Positions 27,801-36,466 of a stretch of 37,653 nucleotides of DNA are shown here, piece by piece. A program made the translations under genes and the position numbers. Where the stretch lies: positions 1-37,653 of the forward strand of contig CAMCGI010000001.1 of NCBI GenBank assembly GCA_945874205.1, written 5' to 3'. This stretch comes from Francisella tularensis subsp. holarctica (lineage in GTDB: Bacteria; Pseudomonadota; Gammaproteobacteria; Thiomicrospirales; Thiomicrospiraceae). Within the stretch, counting starts at the first letter, position 1; every line of letters begins with the position of its first letter. The notes beneath the pieces were generated by a model. The model was not told where the DNA came from. It did not search any database and was given only the letters and a program-made list of their open reading frames with translations.

Positions 27801-27998
27801 AACGATGCCGCGCTTATCGAAACGATTCTTTCTGTTGCACAGCATTTAAAATTGCATGTGGTTGCCGAAGGGGTTGAAACACAAGAACAAGCAGCATTCC
27901 TTAATGCACGTGGGACAGTGATTCACCAAGGCTATTTATTTGGTAAGCCAGAGCCAGCACTTGATTGGATTAAACGCTGGCAAGAGCATCATGATTAA
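24855..27998 (+). CDS. Paralogous PhnD/TtrS-like periplasmic sensor with TM, two PAS domains, a degenerate GGDEF (SGDEF) and an EAL phosphodiesterase
   Basis: The signal peptide is ..PANA-TEQ and the PBP fold matches the upstream gene. The GGDEF region is REGDMLARMSGDEFALLV. The EAL domain has GAEVLVRW, LEITE, DDFGTGYSSL, KIDKSFV, AEGVET and QGYLFGKP. The ATG at 24855 overlaps the upstream TGA (TGATG), while the track used the GTG at 24852. Confidence 0.85.
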   Translation: MKKLFLFIYLLFVSIALYLPANATEQVRDKQYVGIAMLTFRDKAEAAQHWQPLFDYLNQRLPDYHFEANYLFINEAEKAVREKSFQFIFTNPSHYVFLTHHFDFSSPLATLVNEEGGVAVSMFGGLIVTRADRQDINQLVDVKGKKIAIASHESFGGFQMQALELQKVGIDPFHELNLLEVGMPQLNALLALQEGKADVAFVRTGELENAIKQGKIKSDRFKLIDAQLRPSYPFLSSTHLYPEWPFAALPDTDINLAREVTAALLSLPYRGDVAKALGIAGFTIPNDYRSINDLLYQLHLPPYNQTVDVTFIDIWQHWQWQIVVLFIAAMLMLILFYLRLSSTNRHLKQAQQFAAHHAKQLVVEQQYLKTLINTLPDLVWVKDARGVYVTCNTRFEGVYGLPEAELIGKTDYDFSSKEIADALRFYDQRAIDMGKANVNEESIVFIDGHQALYETTKTPMYDSEGRLLGVLGIAHNISERKAAENAIKMSETMLNRAQSVAHIGSWYMDINNNELNWSAETYRIFAVPFDMPIDYAFFLSRVHEDDRALVEQTWQQALTGQEYDIQHRIMVNGQIKWVREIAELVIEQSGNLLSATGTVQDITDKKQDEARIHQLAFFDTLTNLPNRSVLIEQLMLTLALAKREHYVNALILLNIDRFKLVNDARGKSTGDALLQIFAQQLQLLVREGDMLARMSGDEFALLVNNLHPDLVQASRMAQGMSEAIQDRFKQPLMIDGESMMVTVSVGISLYPENKDDNPQSILRQADTALHRTKAIGGNQIAFFEQTMGESVAQSFRIERELREALQHQDLRLYLQPQVNANGTLAGAEVLVRWLHPERGLISPNMFIPIAETSDLIVEVGKWVTIESCKLLALPTMQDLAIRLSVNLSPRHFRQADFVDWIKMVLVDTGADPMRLTLEITEGLVIDNVHDVIAKMSELHALGIHFSIDDFGTGYSSLAYIKRLPIQELKIDKSFVQDAPNDPNDAALIETILSVAQHLKLHVVAEGVETQEQAAFLNARGTVIHQGYLFGKPEPALDWIKRWQEHHD

Positions 27999-28001
27999 CA
28001 T

Positions 28002-28382
28002 TTATTTGATGAAATTTGGATCTTTAACCATATCTCGAATAATTTCGATTAATCTAATAGGATGAAAAGGTTTAACAATCCACGCATTTGCGCCTAATGC
28101 CTCTGCTCGGTGTTTATCATCTTCATTACTATTAGCAGAAAGGATGATAATGGGTGTTTTTTTATGCAAAGGTAAACGACGAATTGTTTCTAATAGCTTT
28201 TCACCATCCATAGGATGCATCGACCAATCAATTAAAAACATATCAAACGGAGTGACCCAAGCAATATCTAAGGCTTCTTGACCAGACTGTGCAAGACTAA
28301 CGCGAATATCCGATGTTTTTTTAATTGTCATACTGATGAGTTGACGAATAGTGATATTATCGTCTACAGCTAAGATATGCAT
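28002..28382 (-). CDS. Single-domain response regulator (CheY-like receiver only)
   Basis: The 126 aa product has the acidic pair in ILAVDDN, the phospho-acceptor context FLIDWSMHPMDG, ILSANS and the conserved VKPF. Confidence 0.85.
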   Translation of the reverse strand: MHILAVDDNITIRQLISMTIKKTSDIRVSLAQSGQEALDIAWVTPFDMFLIDWSMHPMDGEKLLETIRRLPLHKKTPIIILSANSNEDDKHRAEALGANAWIVKPFHPIRLIEIIRDMVKDPNFIK

Positions 28383-28417
28383 TCAATCGAATCCTTGTCT
28401 AAAATGGTTTTAGCTTA

Positions 28418-29293
28418 TTATAAGTTAAAGCGGTTATGAACCCATAGATATTGTGATGGTGCTTGTGCGATATCAATTTCCAACAATTCCATAAGCTGTG
28501 TTAATGCGCGTGCATTATCATTACTTGGGAAGTCGATTAAGACTGGCAATATATTTATTTGATAGCGTCCACTATCCGTTAAATGACAAAACAAAGGCAC
28601 AACAAGCGCGTCGGTTAAGCGTGCAATACGGGCAATAGAAGGATGTGTTAGGGTGTCATGTCCAAAAAAAGGGACGACAATCCCATCTCCTCTGTTACGC
28701 TGATCGGGCGACAACCATACCAACTGCCCATAATGCAGGCTACTCAGAATTTCTTTTATTTTTCGGTTAGAAATCGCACCTGCGGTATGACGACTACGAT
28801 GACGTGACATAAACCATTCAAGTAGCGCATTTTCATGCGGTCGATAGACAGGATGAATGGGAGCAATACTACCAGCGAGCAGTCCCATCGCTTCCATATG
28901 CACGGTATGAAAGACACAAATAATGACCCCTTTTCCCGTTGCCTGTGCCGCTTGCAGATGTTCTAATCCTGTCACATCTAAGCGACTGGTAAAGTCTGTC
29001 GCACGTCCAAACCATACCGCCAGCATTTCGAGTAGACTCATACCAAGCTGAGCAAAATGCTCACGTAACAAGACTTCGCGTTCGCTATCTGACTTTTCGG
29101 GAAAGCATAAAGCAAGATTGCGCTGGGCGTAATCGCGTCTTCTGTGTGCAAAGCGCAGCAAAACACGTCCTAAGCCACGACCAATACGCCACAAAATAGA
29201 CAAAGGCAATTGCGCAATCAACCATGCAACGCCCATCACCAGCCATATTAGCCAATAACGTGGATGGTAAAGGGATAGAGGGACAAAAGTCAT
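28418..29293 (-). CDS. lpxL: Lipid A biosynthesis late acyltransferase (LpxL/LpxM/HtrB family)
   Basis: PRYWLIWL...AQRNLALCFPEKSDSERE..., the H-x4-E region (VFHTVHMEAMG), YRPHENALLEW and QYLWVHNRF run parallel to E. coli LpxL along the full length. Confidence 0.85.
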   Translation of the reverse strand: MTFVPLSLYHPRYWLIWLVMGVAWLIAQLPLSILWRIGRGLGRVLLRFAHRRRDYAQRNLALCFPEKSDSEREVLLREHFAQLGMSLLEMLAVWFGRATDFTSRLDVTGLEHLQAAQATGKGVIICVFHTVHMEAMGLLAGSIAPIHPVYRPHENALLEWFMSRHRSRHTAGAISNRKIKEILSSLHYGQLVWLSPDQRNRGDGIVVPFFGHDTLTHPSIARIARLTDALVVPLFCHLTDSGRYQINILPVLIDFPSNDNARALTQLMELLEIDIAQAPSQYLWVHNRFNL

Positions 29294-31023
29294 TTAAATT
29301 CGCTATGAGCAACCAAATCAGCATAGAGTCCGCGTTGCTGGAGCAGTTGCTCATGACTGCCTTGCTCGGCAAGCTCACCCTGTGACAGTAACACAATATT
29401 ATCACTGTGCTGTACACTGCTTAAACGGTGAGCGATAATCAACAGGGTTTTATGACCATGCAATTCGCGCAAGGCTTGAGTAATTAGCCGATCTGATTCA
29501 GCATCAAGCGCAGAAGTTGCTTCATCTAAGATTAAAATAGGCGCGTTTTTATAGAAAGCACGCGCTAAGGCAAGACGCTGACGTTGTCCACCCGATAAGC
29601 GTGCGCCACCTTCACCGACACGGGTTTGTAATCCATCGGGTAGCTGCTCGATAAACTCCCACGCATGTGCTGCACGCGCCGCAGCCTCAACACGCGCAAG
29701 GTCGCAGCTATCACGACAAACACCGTAGGCAATATTGGCAGCAATGCTATCATCAAACAATACAATATGCTGGCTGACCAGTGCAAGCTGATTGCGCCAG
29801 TCGCTAAGCGTCGCCTGTGCAATATCCTGACCATCGCACAAAATCTGCCCTTGTGTCGGTTGGGAAAAGCGACAGAGTAGACTCACTAGGGTACTTTTTC
29901 CACTGCCCGATGCACCGACCAAAGCCCAAGTCTGTCCTGCAGGAATACTGAGGTTAATGTCAGATAAAGCAAGGATTTCTTGTTCTGGATAACTAAAACT
30001 TAACTGCTGAATATCAAGCTCTCCGCTGACATGCGTCAGTATTTGATTGCCAGCATCAGATTCATTGACCTCATCGAGCAAAGCAAAAATCGTGGTTGCT
30101 GCTGCCAAGCCCTTTTGTAAGGGTTCGTTAATGCCTGTTAAGCGACGAATGGGTTCAAAAAGCATACTCATACCTGTTATGAAGGCAATCAGTTGCCCTG
30201 GACTAAGTAGCTGCTGTGCCGAAAGTTGTGTTGCCACATAAATAACACAGGAAACAGCAACAGCGGCGATCACTTGCACTAAGGGGACGTTCGCGCTCGC
30301 TACTTTGACAATGCTCATGGTTTGACTGCGCAAGCGTTCAACCGCAGCATCAAAACGACCTTGCTCGTGTGCTTGCCCTGCATAAATACTAATTTCGCGC
30401 CGCCCTGTTAAGGCTTCATCTAACACAGCAGTGACTTGTCCCATACTGGCTTGTACTTCGCTGCTACTGGTACGCATCAGCCCGCTCGCTTTGCGAATAA
30501 TAAAGGAAGCAATGGGAGCAATAGCGATAATAAAGAGCGTCAGTTGCCAACTGGTATAAAGTAAAAAACCGAGTAGTCCTAAAATAATAAAACTATCCCG
30601 AATAACCACAATCCACACTTCAGAGAGCGCATTTGCGACTTGAGTAACATCAAAAGTCACGCGAGAGAGTAGATGACTACTACCAATCGCTTGTTGACGA
30701 TCAATAGGCAAGGTCATCATTTTAGCGAACATGGCACTGCGCAAATCTGCCATTGTTTGCTGCGCCACGCCTTGACTAAGTACGGTTGCGGTATATTCTG
30801 CGATGCCTTTGGCGACAAAAACCGCTAAAATCGCAAGCGGAACCCACAGCATGGCTTGCTTGTCTTTCGCAATAAGGCTATCGTCGATAAGTGGCTGCAT
30901 CAATGCAGGTAACATTGGCTCTAAGGCAGCAATAACACCCATTGCCAGCAAAGCAAAAGCAACGGTACGCCAGTAGGGTTTGAGATAAGCAATTAAGCGT
31001 AAATAGAGTTGACGACTATTCAT
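29290..31023 (-). CDS. msbA: Lipid A export ABC transporter MsbA (fused permease/ATPase)
   Basis: A six-TM exporter domain carries LLSRVTFDVTQVA. The NBD has Walker A GASGSGKST, the signature LSGGQRQR and Walker B ILILDEATSALD. It shares 4-nt overlaps with both neighbours. Confidence 0.9.
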   Translation of the reverse strand: MNSRQLYLRLIAYLKPYWRTVAFALLAMGVIAALEPMLPALMQPLIDDSLIAKDKQAMLWVPLAILAVFVAKGIAEYTATVLSQGVAQQTMADLRSAMFAKMMTLPIDRQQAIGSSHLLSRVTFDVTQVANALSEVWIVVIRDSFIILGLLGFLLYTSWQLTLFIIAIAPIASFIIRKASGLMRTSSSEVQASMGQVTAVLDEALTGRREISIYAGQAHEQGRFDAAVERLRSQTMSIVKVASANVPLVQVIAAVAVSCVIYVATQLSAQQLLSPGQLIAFITGMSMLFEPIRRLTGINEPLQKGLAAATTIFALLDEVNESDAGNQILTHVSGELDIQQLSFSYPEQEILALSDINLSIPAGQTWALVGASGSGKSTLVSLLCRFSQPTQGQILCDGQDIAQATLSDWRNQLALVSQHIVLFDDSIAANIAYGVCRDSCDLARVEAAARAAHAWEFIEQLPDGLQTRVGEGGARLSGGQRQRLALARAFYKNAPILILDEATSALDAESDRLITQALRELHGHKTLLIIAHRLSSVQHSDNIVLLSQGELAEQGSHEQLLQQRGLYADLVAHSEFK

Positions 31024-31685
31024 TCGCGTCGCAGAATTTTATCGGTTAACACACCACCTAACCAACTACTATCAAATTCAGCTTCGAGTTCCTTTTGATC
31101 GTAAATCTCATCAACCCAGCGCATAAATGGCAAGGGGTTTTCTGTGTTGGCTTGATAGCGCAAAAAATCAGCAAAAAAGAAGTCAATCATGCCTGTGCGA
31201 GCAAACTTAAAATGTCCATAATACCAATCGAGCTCATGAATGGCTTCATCAACAGGATGACCCGCAATGAAAATACGGCATAACGTTGCCATTAAGCCTG
31301 CACGGTCAGCACCCGATTTGCAGTGAAATAAAATGGGGTATTGCACGCTTGCTAACAAATCTTGTGTACTATGTAACGCTTCTTTGCTTGGTAGGTCACG
31401 CGAAAACAGGCGATGATCAATCATCGTGATGCCGAGCTGGTCGCAAGATTCTTTTTCAAACATCCAAAAGCTGCTGCCGTCGTTTTCGCCACGTAGGTTG
31501 ATAATGGTTTTGATCCCATAATCACGCTGATAGCGCGCAATCTGACTGGGGGAGGGCTGACTACAACGATACACATCGGGCAATACCCGATAAAAGTTGT
31601 TGTACAACAGGCGAATAATGCCATGATCTTGCAAGTGCAAATGCAGCCATGCAAGCAGGCGGTATAAGGGTTTATCTATTCTCAT
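31020..31685 (-). CDS. CX5R cysteine phosphatase (tyrosine/dual-specificity phosphatase-fold family protein)
   Basis: It has the P-loop FHCKSGADRAG (C-x5-R) and an upstream YRCSQPSP...GIKTIINLRGE that is typical of bacterial PTP-like families. No TM segment or signal peptide is present. The stop overlaps the msbA start by 4 nt. Confidence 0.7.
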   Translation of the reverse strand: MRIDKPLYRLLAWLHLHLQDHGIIRLLYNNFYRVLPDVYRCSQPSPSQIARYQRDYGIKTIINLRGENDGSSFWMFEKESCDQLGITMIDHRLFSRDLPSKEALHSTQDLLASVQYPILFHCKSGADRAGLMATLCRIFIAGHPVDEAIHELDWYYGHFKFARTGMIDFFFADFLRYQANTENPLPFMRWVDEIYDQKELEAEFDSSWLGGVLTDKILRRE

Positions 31686-31731
31686 GCTATTATTATCGCA
31701 TAACTTAGGCTAATGAAAGGAAAACTTTATT

Positions 31732-32253
31732 ATGACCATTCGATCTTTTAACGAAATTTCACCTACCATTGCGAGCAGTGCTTATATCGACCCACAAGCC
31801 GTGGTGATTGGTGATGTAACAATGGGTGAAGAGAGTAGTATTTGGCCTTGCGCTGTTGCACGTGGCGATGTCAATTTTATTCGTATTGGTGATAGAACCA
31901 ATATTCAAGATGGGGCTGTATTACATGTGTCGCACGATAGTGATTTTGGTGTCGGTTATGGTTTAACCATCGGTAATGATGTTACTGTAGGGCATAATGC
32001 AACCCTGCATGCCTGCACCATTGAAGATGAAGTACTTATCGGTATGAATGCCACAGTATTAGATGGCGCACATATTCCAACACACTGTATTATCGGTGCA
32101 AATTCACTGGTAGCACCCAGTAAAAAGCTAGAGTCTGGCTGGTTATATATGGGCATTCCTGCCAAGGCTGTGCGCCAATTAACCGAAAAAGACATTGCCT
32201 TTTTTAAGTATTCAGCAATGCACTATGTGAATCTAATGAAACTGTATCAATGA
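31732..32253 (+). CDS. Gamma-carbonic-anhydrase-like hexapeptide-repeat protein (YrdA/PaaY family)
   Basis: IWPCAVARGDVNFIRIGDRTNIQDGAVLHV...TVGHNATLHACTIEDEVLIGMNATVLDGA closely parallels E. coli YrdA. Confidence 0.85.
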   Translation: MTIRSFNEISPTIASSAYIDPQAVVIGDVTMGEESSIWPCAVARGDVNFIRIGDRTNIQDGAVLHVSHDSDFGVGYGLTIGNDVTVGHNATLHACTIEDEVLIGMNATVLDGAHIPTHCIIGANSLVAPSKKLESGWLYMGIPAKAVRQLTEKDIAFFKYSAMHYVNLMKLYQ

Positions 32254-32265
32254 GCGATTCCAACT

Positions 32266-32296
32266 AAAAAAACCGCCAATTTTTGGCGGTTTTTTT
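32266..32296. terminator. Bidirectional rho-independent terminator between convergent yrdA-like and MCP genes
   Basis: The structure is A7-ccgccaa-ttt-ttggcgg-T7. Confidence 0.75.
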
Positions 32297-32311
32297 ATGG
32301 CTAAGTAAGCG

Positions 32312-34288
32312 TTAAAAGTCTGCCCACTCGTCTTTATTACCTCGCGTTGGTGCAGGCAATGCGCGTGCAATTCTTGGCTTTACTTGCTGCTGAGTTGCTG
32401 TCTTAGTTGTCACACGTGTTGGTGAGCGATGCTGTTGCCCTGTGCTAGATAAAGCGCGTGCTTCTTCTGTGCTAATCGCATCAGTAGTTACTTTTGCAGC
32501 TGCATGAAGATTCTTTATTTCATCGAATAAAGCATTGCTTCCCTTTAGAGAAACCAGTTTTTTAGCTAAAGAAGCAAGTTGTTGCATAGCACTATCAATA
32601 CTACCTAGGTTGCTCTCTGGAACGATATTTCGCCACTGAGCTAACGGGTCTTGATCAACACTATTAGCCTTGTCTAACCCCAACAAATAACCCTCAACAT
32701 TAAGTGTCCATAAACGCACAGCACGACGACCTTCAGCAAAACGAAAATCATCATTCGCGCGTGCATTTGCTAATAGTTGGGTCATTAAGCCTGTGCTAAA
32801 CATACTTGCTGAAGACTCTAACGCTAATGCAGTATTATTAGCTTGCTCCGATGCCGAGGCACTTTCTTCGATAAGCGCAGCAATTTGCTGTAAGCTGTCA
32901 TCCATTAACTCAATACCTTTGGTAATTTCGTTAACCCCTTTTGCTGTTTCACTGACACCAATACGCATACCACCAATAGCACTGGTCAATCCAGCAACTG
33001 AGTAGGTCATTTTTTCAATTGAAGTGCTAGCTGTTGCGAAAACCTGCCCACCCTGACGAATATCACTAATGGTTTCGTCAATTAATCCTTTGATGTTTTT
33101 CGCCGCCTCAGCAGATTTTCCTGCTAATGCACGTACTTCACCAGCCACAACAGCAAACCCACGACCATGCTCACCCGCACGCGCAGCTTCAACTGCCGCA
33201 TTAAGTGCTAATAAATTTGTCTGAAAGGCAATGCCATCAATTAAGCTAACAATTTCTTCAATTTTACGACTTTTTTCTTGAATCGCATTCATAGCATTAC
33301 CCGCTTTTTTGACTGACTCACCTGCATCGGTAAGTTGATGTCCTGCAGCGTCGGCATCTTTGGTCATACGCGTCATTTGTTCATCTAGATCGTTACTACG
33401 TTCGCTAATGTTTTGTGTTGCACTGGCAATCTGGGCTACTGCAGCAGCTTGCTCTTGTATTCGATGTGATACATTTTGAATGCCACTATCCATTTCATGT
33501 ATATTGCGCGAAATACGATTAGATTTGGTATTAACCTCAGTGACAAACGACGCTGTATTGCTTAACGCTAGGTTTTGAGCATACTGTAAATACCCTAATT
33601 CGCCTTTATAAGTCACACTGGGAGCTTCATCTAATTTAGCACTGGCTTGCATACAAAGGTAGTGACCTGTGTCCTTAATAAGATTACGTAAATTATCTAG
33701 GGCAAGATTTACTTCTTGTGCAAGTGCAAGATGATACCCAGAAAGCTTGTCGATTGATATTTTAGCACTCGATAAGTTACCATTACCCAAGGCATGTAAT
33801 GCAGTGGTAATCTTATCTCCCATCTCTACTTTTTGAGTCACATCTTGTAATACAACGACACAGGCATTGCTATTGGCAGAATGCTCAACCTTAAAATGTG
33901 TATTATCAATAGCAACATTGGTTGCTGTGTAATTTGCTAATGATTTAATACTGCTACCAAGCTTACTGCTTAACTCTTGACCTAAAAAATGCGTCAGCTC
34001 ATTACGACGCTCATTAAGCAGCTTGATTGCTAATGCGTTAATAAATGCTAATTTACCTTCTGCATCAGCAATTAAAACAGGCTTTGGAACGATATCCAAC
34101 GCATCAACTAGCAATTTATAATTTGACTGTAACACCTGATTACTAGCATTTTTTTCGTTTAATTGTAAACGCGTTTCTGCTAAATTTGATTCAATATAAT
34201 GAACATTTTGCTGTGAGCGAATCATAAGGATAGCAAAAACTAGTGCAACAACACCTAACATAATTGCTAATAAAACACTAAAATCCAT
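32312..34288 (-). CDS. Membrane-anchored cytoplasmic PAS-MCP (paralogue A) with an extra C-terminal domain and an EWADF tail
   Basis: It has a single N-terminal TM, then a PAS-like region ([17 protein letters not shown]...[10 protein letters not shown]). The MCP hairpin is [41 protein letters not shown] further ~165 aa follow the signalling domain. Confidence 0.9.
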   Translation of the reverse strand: MDFSVLLAIMLGVVALVFAILMIRSQQNVHYIESNLAETRLQLNEKNASNQVLQSNYKLLVDALDIVPKPVLIADAEGKLAFINALAIKLLNERRNELTHFLGQELSSKLGSSIKSLANYTATNVAIDNTHFKVEHSANSNACVVVLQDVTQKVEMGDKITTALHALGNGNLSSAKISIDKLSGYHLALAQEVNLALDNLRNLIKDTGHYLCMQASAKLDEAPSVTYKGELGYLQYAQNLALSNTASFVTEVNTKSNRISRNIHEMDSGIQNVSHRIQEQAAAVAQIASATQNISERSNDLDEQMTRMTKDADAAGHQLTDAGESVKKAGNAMNAIQEKSRKIEEIVSLIDGIAFQTNLLALNAAVEAARAGEHGRGFAVVAGEVRALAGKSAEAAKNIKGLIDETISDIRQGGQVFATASTSIEKMTYSVAGLTSAIGGMRIGVSETAKGVNEITKGIELMDDSLQQIAALIEESASASEQANNTALALESSASMFSTGLMTQLLANARANDDFRFAEGRRAVRLWTLNVEGYLLGLDKANSVDQDPLAQWRNIVPESNLGSIDSAMQQLASLAKKLVSLKGSNALFDEIKNLHAAAKVTTDAISTEEARALSSTGQQHRSPTRVTTKTATQQQVKPRIARALPAPTRGNKDEWADF

Positions 34289-34405
34289 AAAAACTTCCTT
34301 TTATCTAAATCTTGTAATTACTTACTGAACACACTATTAAGTACTTAGGCAAACAGCGTAGCATAAAATGCTTTTTGGTTACTATAAAATAAGCTAATAA
34401 AAACG

Positions 34406-36376
34406 TTAAACATCTGCCCATTCATCTTTATTACCACGCGCTGGTGCTGGTAGTGCATTTCTGTTTTTTGCTTGCATACCTGTTTTAACCACAGCCCCTA
34501 CTGGCACTGTATATTGTTTTTGATTACCTCTGCCAGAAAGAACGCGTGCTTCTTCGGCTGTAATCGCATCAGTTGTCGCTTTAGCCAGTGCATGAAGATG
34601 AGCAATCTCATCAAATAAAGCGGTTGTTTGTTTAATCTCAGAGAGTTTTTTAGCAAATGCAATAAGCTGTTGTAGTGCGTTATTAACATTGCTTAAATTG
34701 GCTTCTGACACTGTCGTTCGCCACTGCGCTAACGGGTCTTGAGCGATACTACTACTTTTACTTAGCCCTAATAAATAGCTTTCGGCATCAAGTGTCCACA
34801 AGCGAATCGCACGACGACCTGAGGCAAAACGAAAATCGTTACTATTACGTGCTGGCGCAAGCAGTTGAGTCATCAATCCTGTACTAAACATACCTGCAGA
34901 TACTTCTAATGCGTTAGCACTATCATTCGCCTGTTCCGATGCCGCTGAGGTTTCTTCAACTAAAGCTGCGATTTGTTGCAGGCTATCATCCATCAACTCG
35001 ATGCCTTTATTGATTTCTTGCACACCTTTGTTTGTTTCACCCACACCAAGACGCATCCCACCAATAGTGCTGGTTAATCCAGCAACAGAGTGTGTCATTT
35101 TTTCAATAGAAGCACTGGCTGTTGCGAAAACTTGCCCACCCTGACGAATATCACTAATCGTTTCATCGATCAGGTGTTTAATGTTTTTAGCAGCATCTGC
35201 CGATTTTCCTGCCAAGGCACGCACTTCACCCGCTACCACTGCAAAGCCACGACCATGTTCACCAGCACGTGCAGCTTCCACTGCGGCATTAAGTGCCAAT
35301 AAATTGGTTTGAAAAGCAATACCATCAATAAGACTGACAATTTCTTCAATTTTACGACTTTTTTCTTGAATGGCACTCATTGCATTGCCTGCTTTATTCA
35401 CAGCATCCCCTGCATCGCTAAGTTGACTTCCCGTTGCATCTGCATCTTTGCTCATTATCGCCATTTGTTCGTCTAAACTGCTGCTGCGCACGTTAATATT
35501 TTGTGTCGCACTGGCAATTTGTGCTACAGCAGCGGCTTGCTGTTGTACGCGATCAGATACATGTTGAATCGAATGATTCACTTCATGGATATGATGTGAA
35601 ATACGTAATGCTTTAGTATTAACCTCTGTTACAAAAGAGGCTGTATTATTTAACGATAATATTTGTGCATATTGTAAATAGCCTAGCTCTCCTTTATAGG
35701 TTACCTCTGGTGCTTCATCTAACTTTGCATTGGCTTGCAAGCTCAAAAAACGGCTCGTGTTTTGAATCAGATTATGTAAACAACCTAGCGCGTCGTTAAC
35801 CTGTGTTGCTAGCTCTAAGTGATGGTCTGATAAATTCTTGACATCAATACGCGCATCAGCCAAATTACCATTGCGCATGGATTTAAGCGCACTCAAAATA
35901 CGATCACCCATATTTGCTTTATCAGTAATATCTTGCAATACAGCAACACAAGTAATTGCATCTGCATTATGTTCGACTTTAAACTTAATACCATCAATGG
36001 CAACTTGCGTTGAAATGACCTTAACTAATGCATTAATATTACTACCAATCGCACCTGTAAACTCTTGACCTAATAAGTGGGTAAGTTCTGAATGACGACT
36101 TGTCATTAGCTCGGTTGCCATTTTATTAACAAAAATCAGCTCACCACCATGCTTAGCAACCAGCACAGGTTTTGGAATAATGTTTAACGCACCAATCAAT
36201 ATAGTGTGATCACTTTGTAACGCAGCATAATCAGTATTTTTTTTGTGCGATTCTACCTGTAGCATTGCTATGTCAGACTCAAGATAACTAATGCGTTGTT
36301 GCGCTCGTGTCATTAAAACACCCAATACCAGTGCTGAAATACCTAGTGCAACAATTAATAAGGTGCTAAAGTCCAT
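34406..36376 (-). CDS. Membrane-anchored cytoplasmic PAS-MCP (paralogue B) with an extra C-terminal domain and an EWADV tail
   Basis: Its architecture matches paralogue A, and the two proteins align end to end without large gaps. Confidence 0.9.
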   Translation of the reverse strand: MDFSTLLIVALGISALVLGVLMTRAQQRISYLESDIAMLQVESHKKNTDYAALQSDHTILIGALNIIPKPVLVAKHGGELIFVNKMATELMTSRHSELTHLLGQEFTGAIGSNINALVKVISTQVAIDGIKFKVEHNADAITCVAVLQDITDKANMGDRILSALKSMRNGNLADARIDVKNLSDHHLELATQVNDALGCLHNLIQNTSRFLSLQANAKLDEAPEVTYKGELGYLQYAQILSLNNTASFVTEVNTKALRISHHIHEVNHSIQHVSDRVQQQAAAVAQIASATQNINVRSSSLDEQMAIMSKDADATGSQLSDAGDAVNKAGNAMSAIQEKSRKIEEIVSLIDGIAFQTNLLALNAAVEAARAGEHGRGFAVVAGEVRALAGKSADAAKNIKHLIDETISDIRQGGQVFATASASIEKMTHSVAGLTSTIGGMRLGVGETNKGVQEINKGIELMDDSLQQIAALVEETSAASEQANDSANALEVSAGMFSTGLMTQLLAPARNSNDFRFASGRRAIRLWTLDAESYLLGLSKSSSIAQDPLAQWRTTVSEANLSNVNNALQQLIAFAKKLSEIKQTTALFDEIAHLHALAKATTDAITAEEARVLSGRGNQKQYTVPVGAVVKTGMQAKNRNALPAPARGNKDEWADV

Positions 36377-36466
36377 GTTGTATTTTCCTTTTTTGAATTG
36401 CTGCGTTTTATATATTTTTTATTTTTTGTTTTTTCAATTCGAGTCGAGGGACAAATCATAACATTG

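Noticed and set aside
28002-29700. Compositional jump suggesting the receiver gene is foreign to the msbA-lpxL operon
   Set aside because: Hand counts of 120-nt samples gave 35% G+C at 28021-28140 (REC) and 60% at 29581-29700 (msbA NBD). However, 60-nt samples of lpxL (28801-28860, 45%), the phosphatase (31441-31500, 47%) and MCP A (34081-34140, 37%) show that this range is normal within the window. A sliding-window calculation is needed before any claim can be made.
34360-34376. Small hairpin agcat-aaa-atgct followed by tttt between the two MCP paralogues
   Set aside because: The stem is only 5 bp, and the T-run lies on the plus strand while both flanking genes are on the minus strand. It is not a credible terminator for either gene.
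36391-36440. Long T-rich tract (ttttgaattgctgcgttttatatattttttattttttgttttttc) upstream of MCP B as a repeat or regulatory element
   Set aside because: It has no defined repeat unit. It is most simply an AT-rich curved leader and UP-like region between the candidate promoter and the RBS.
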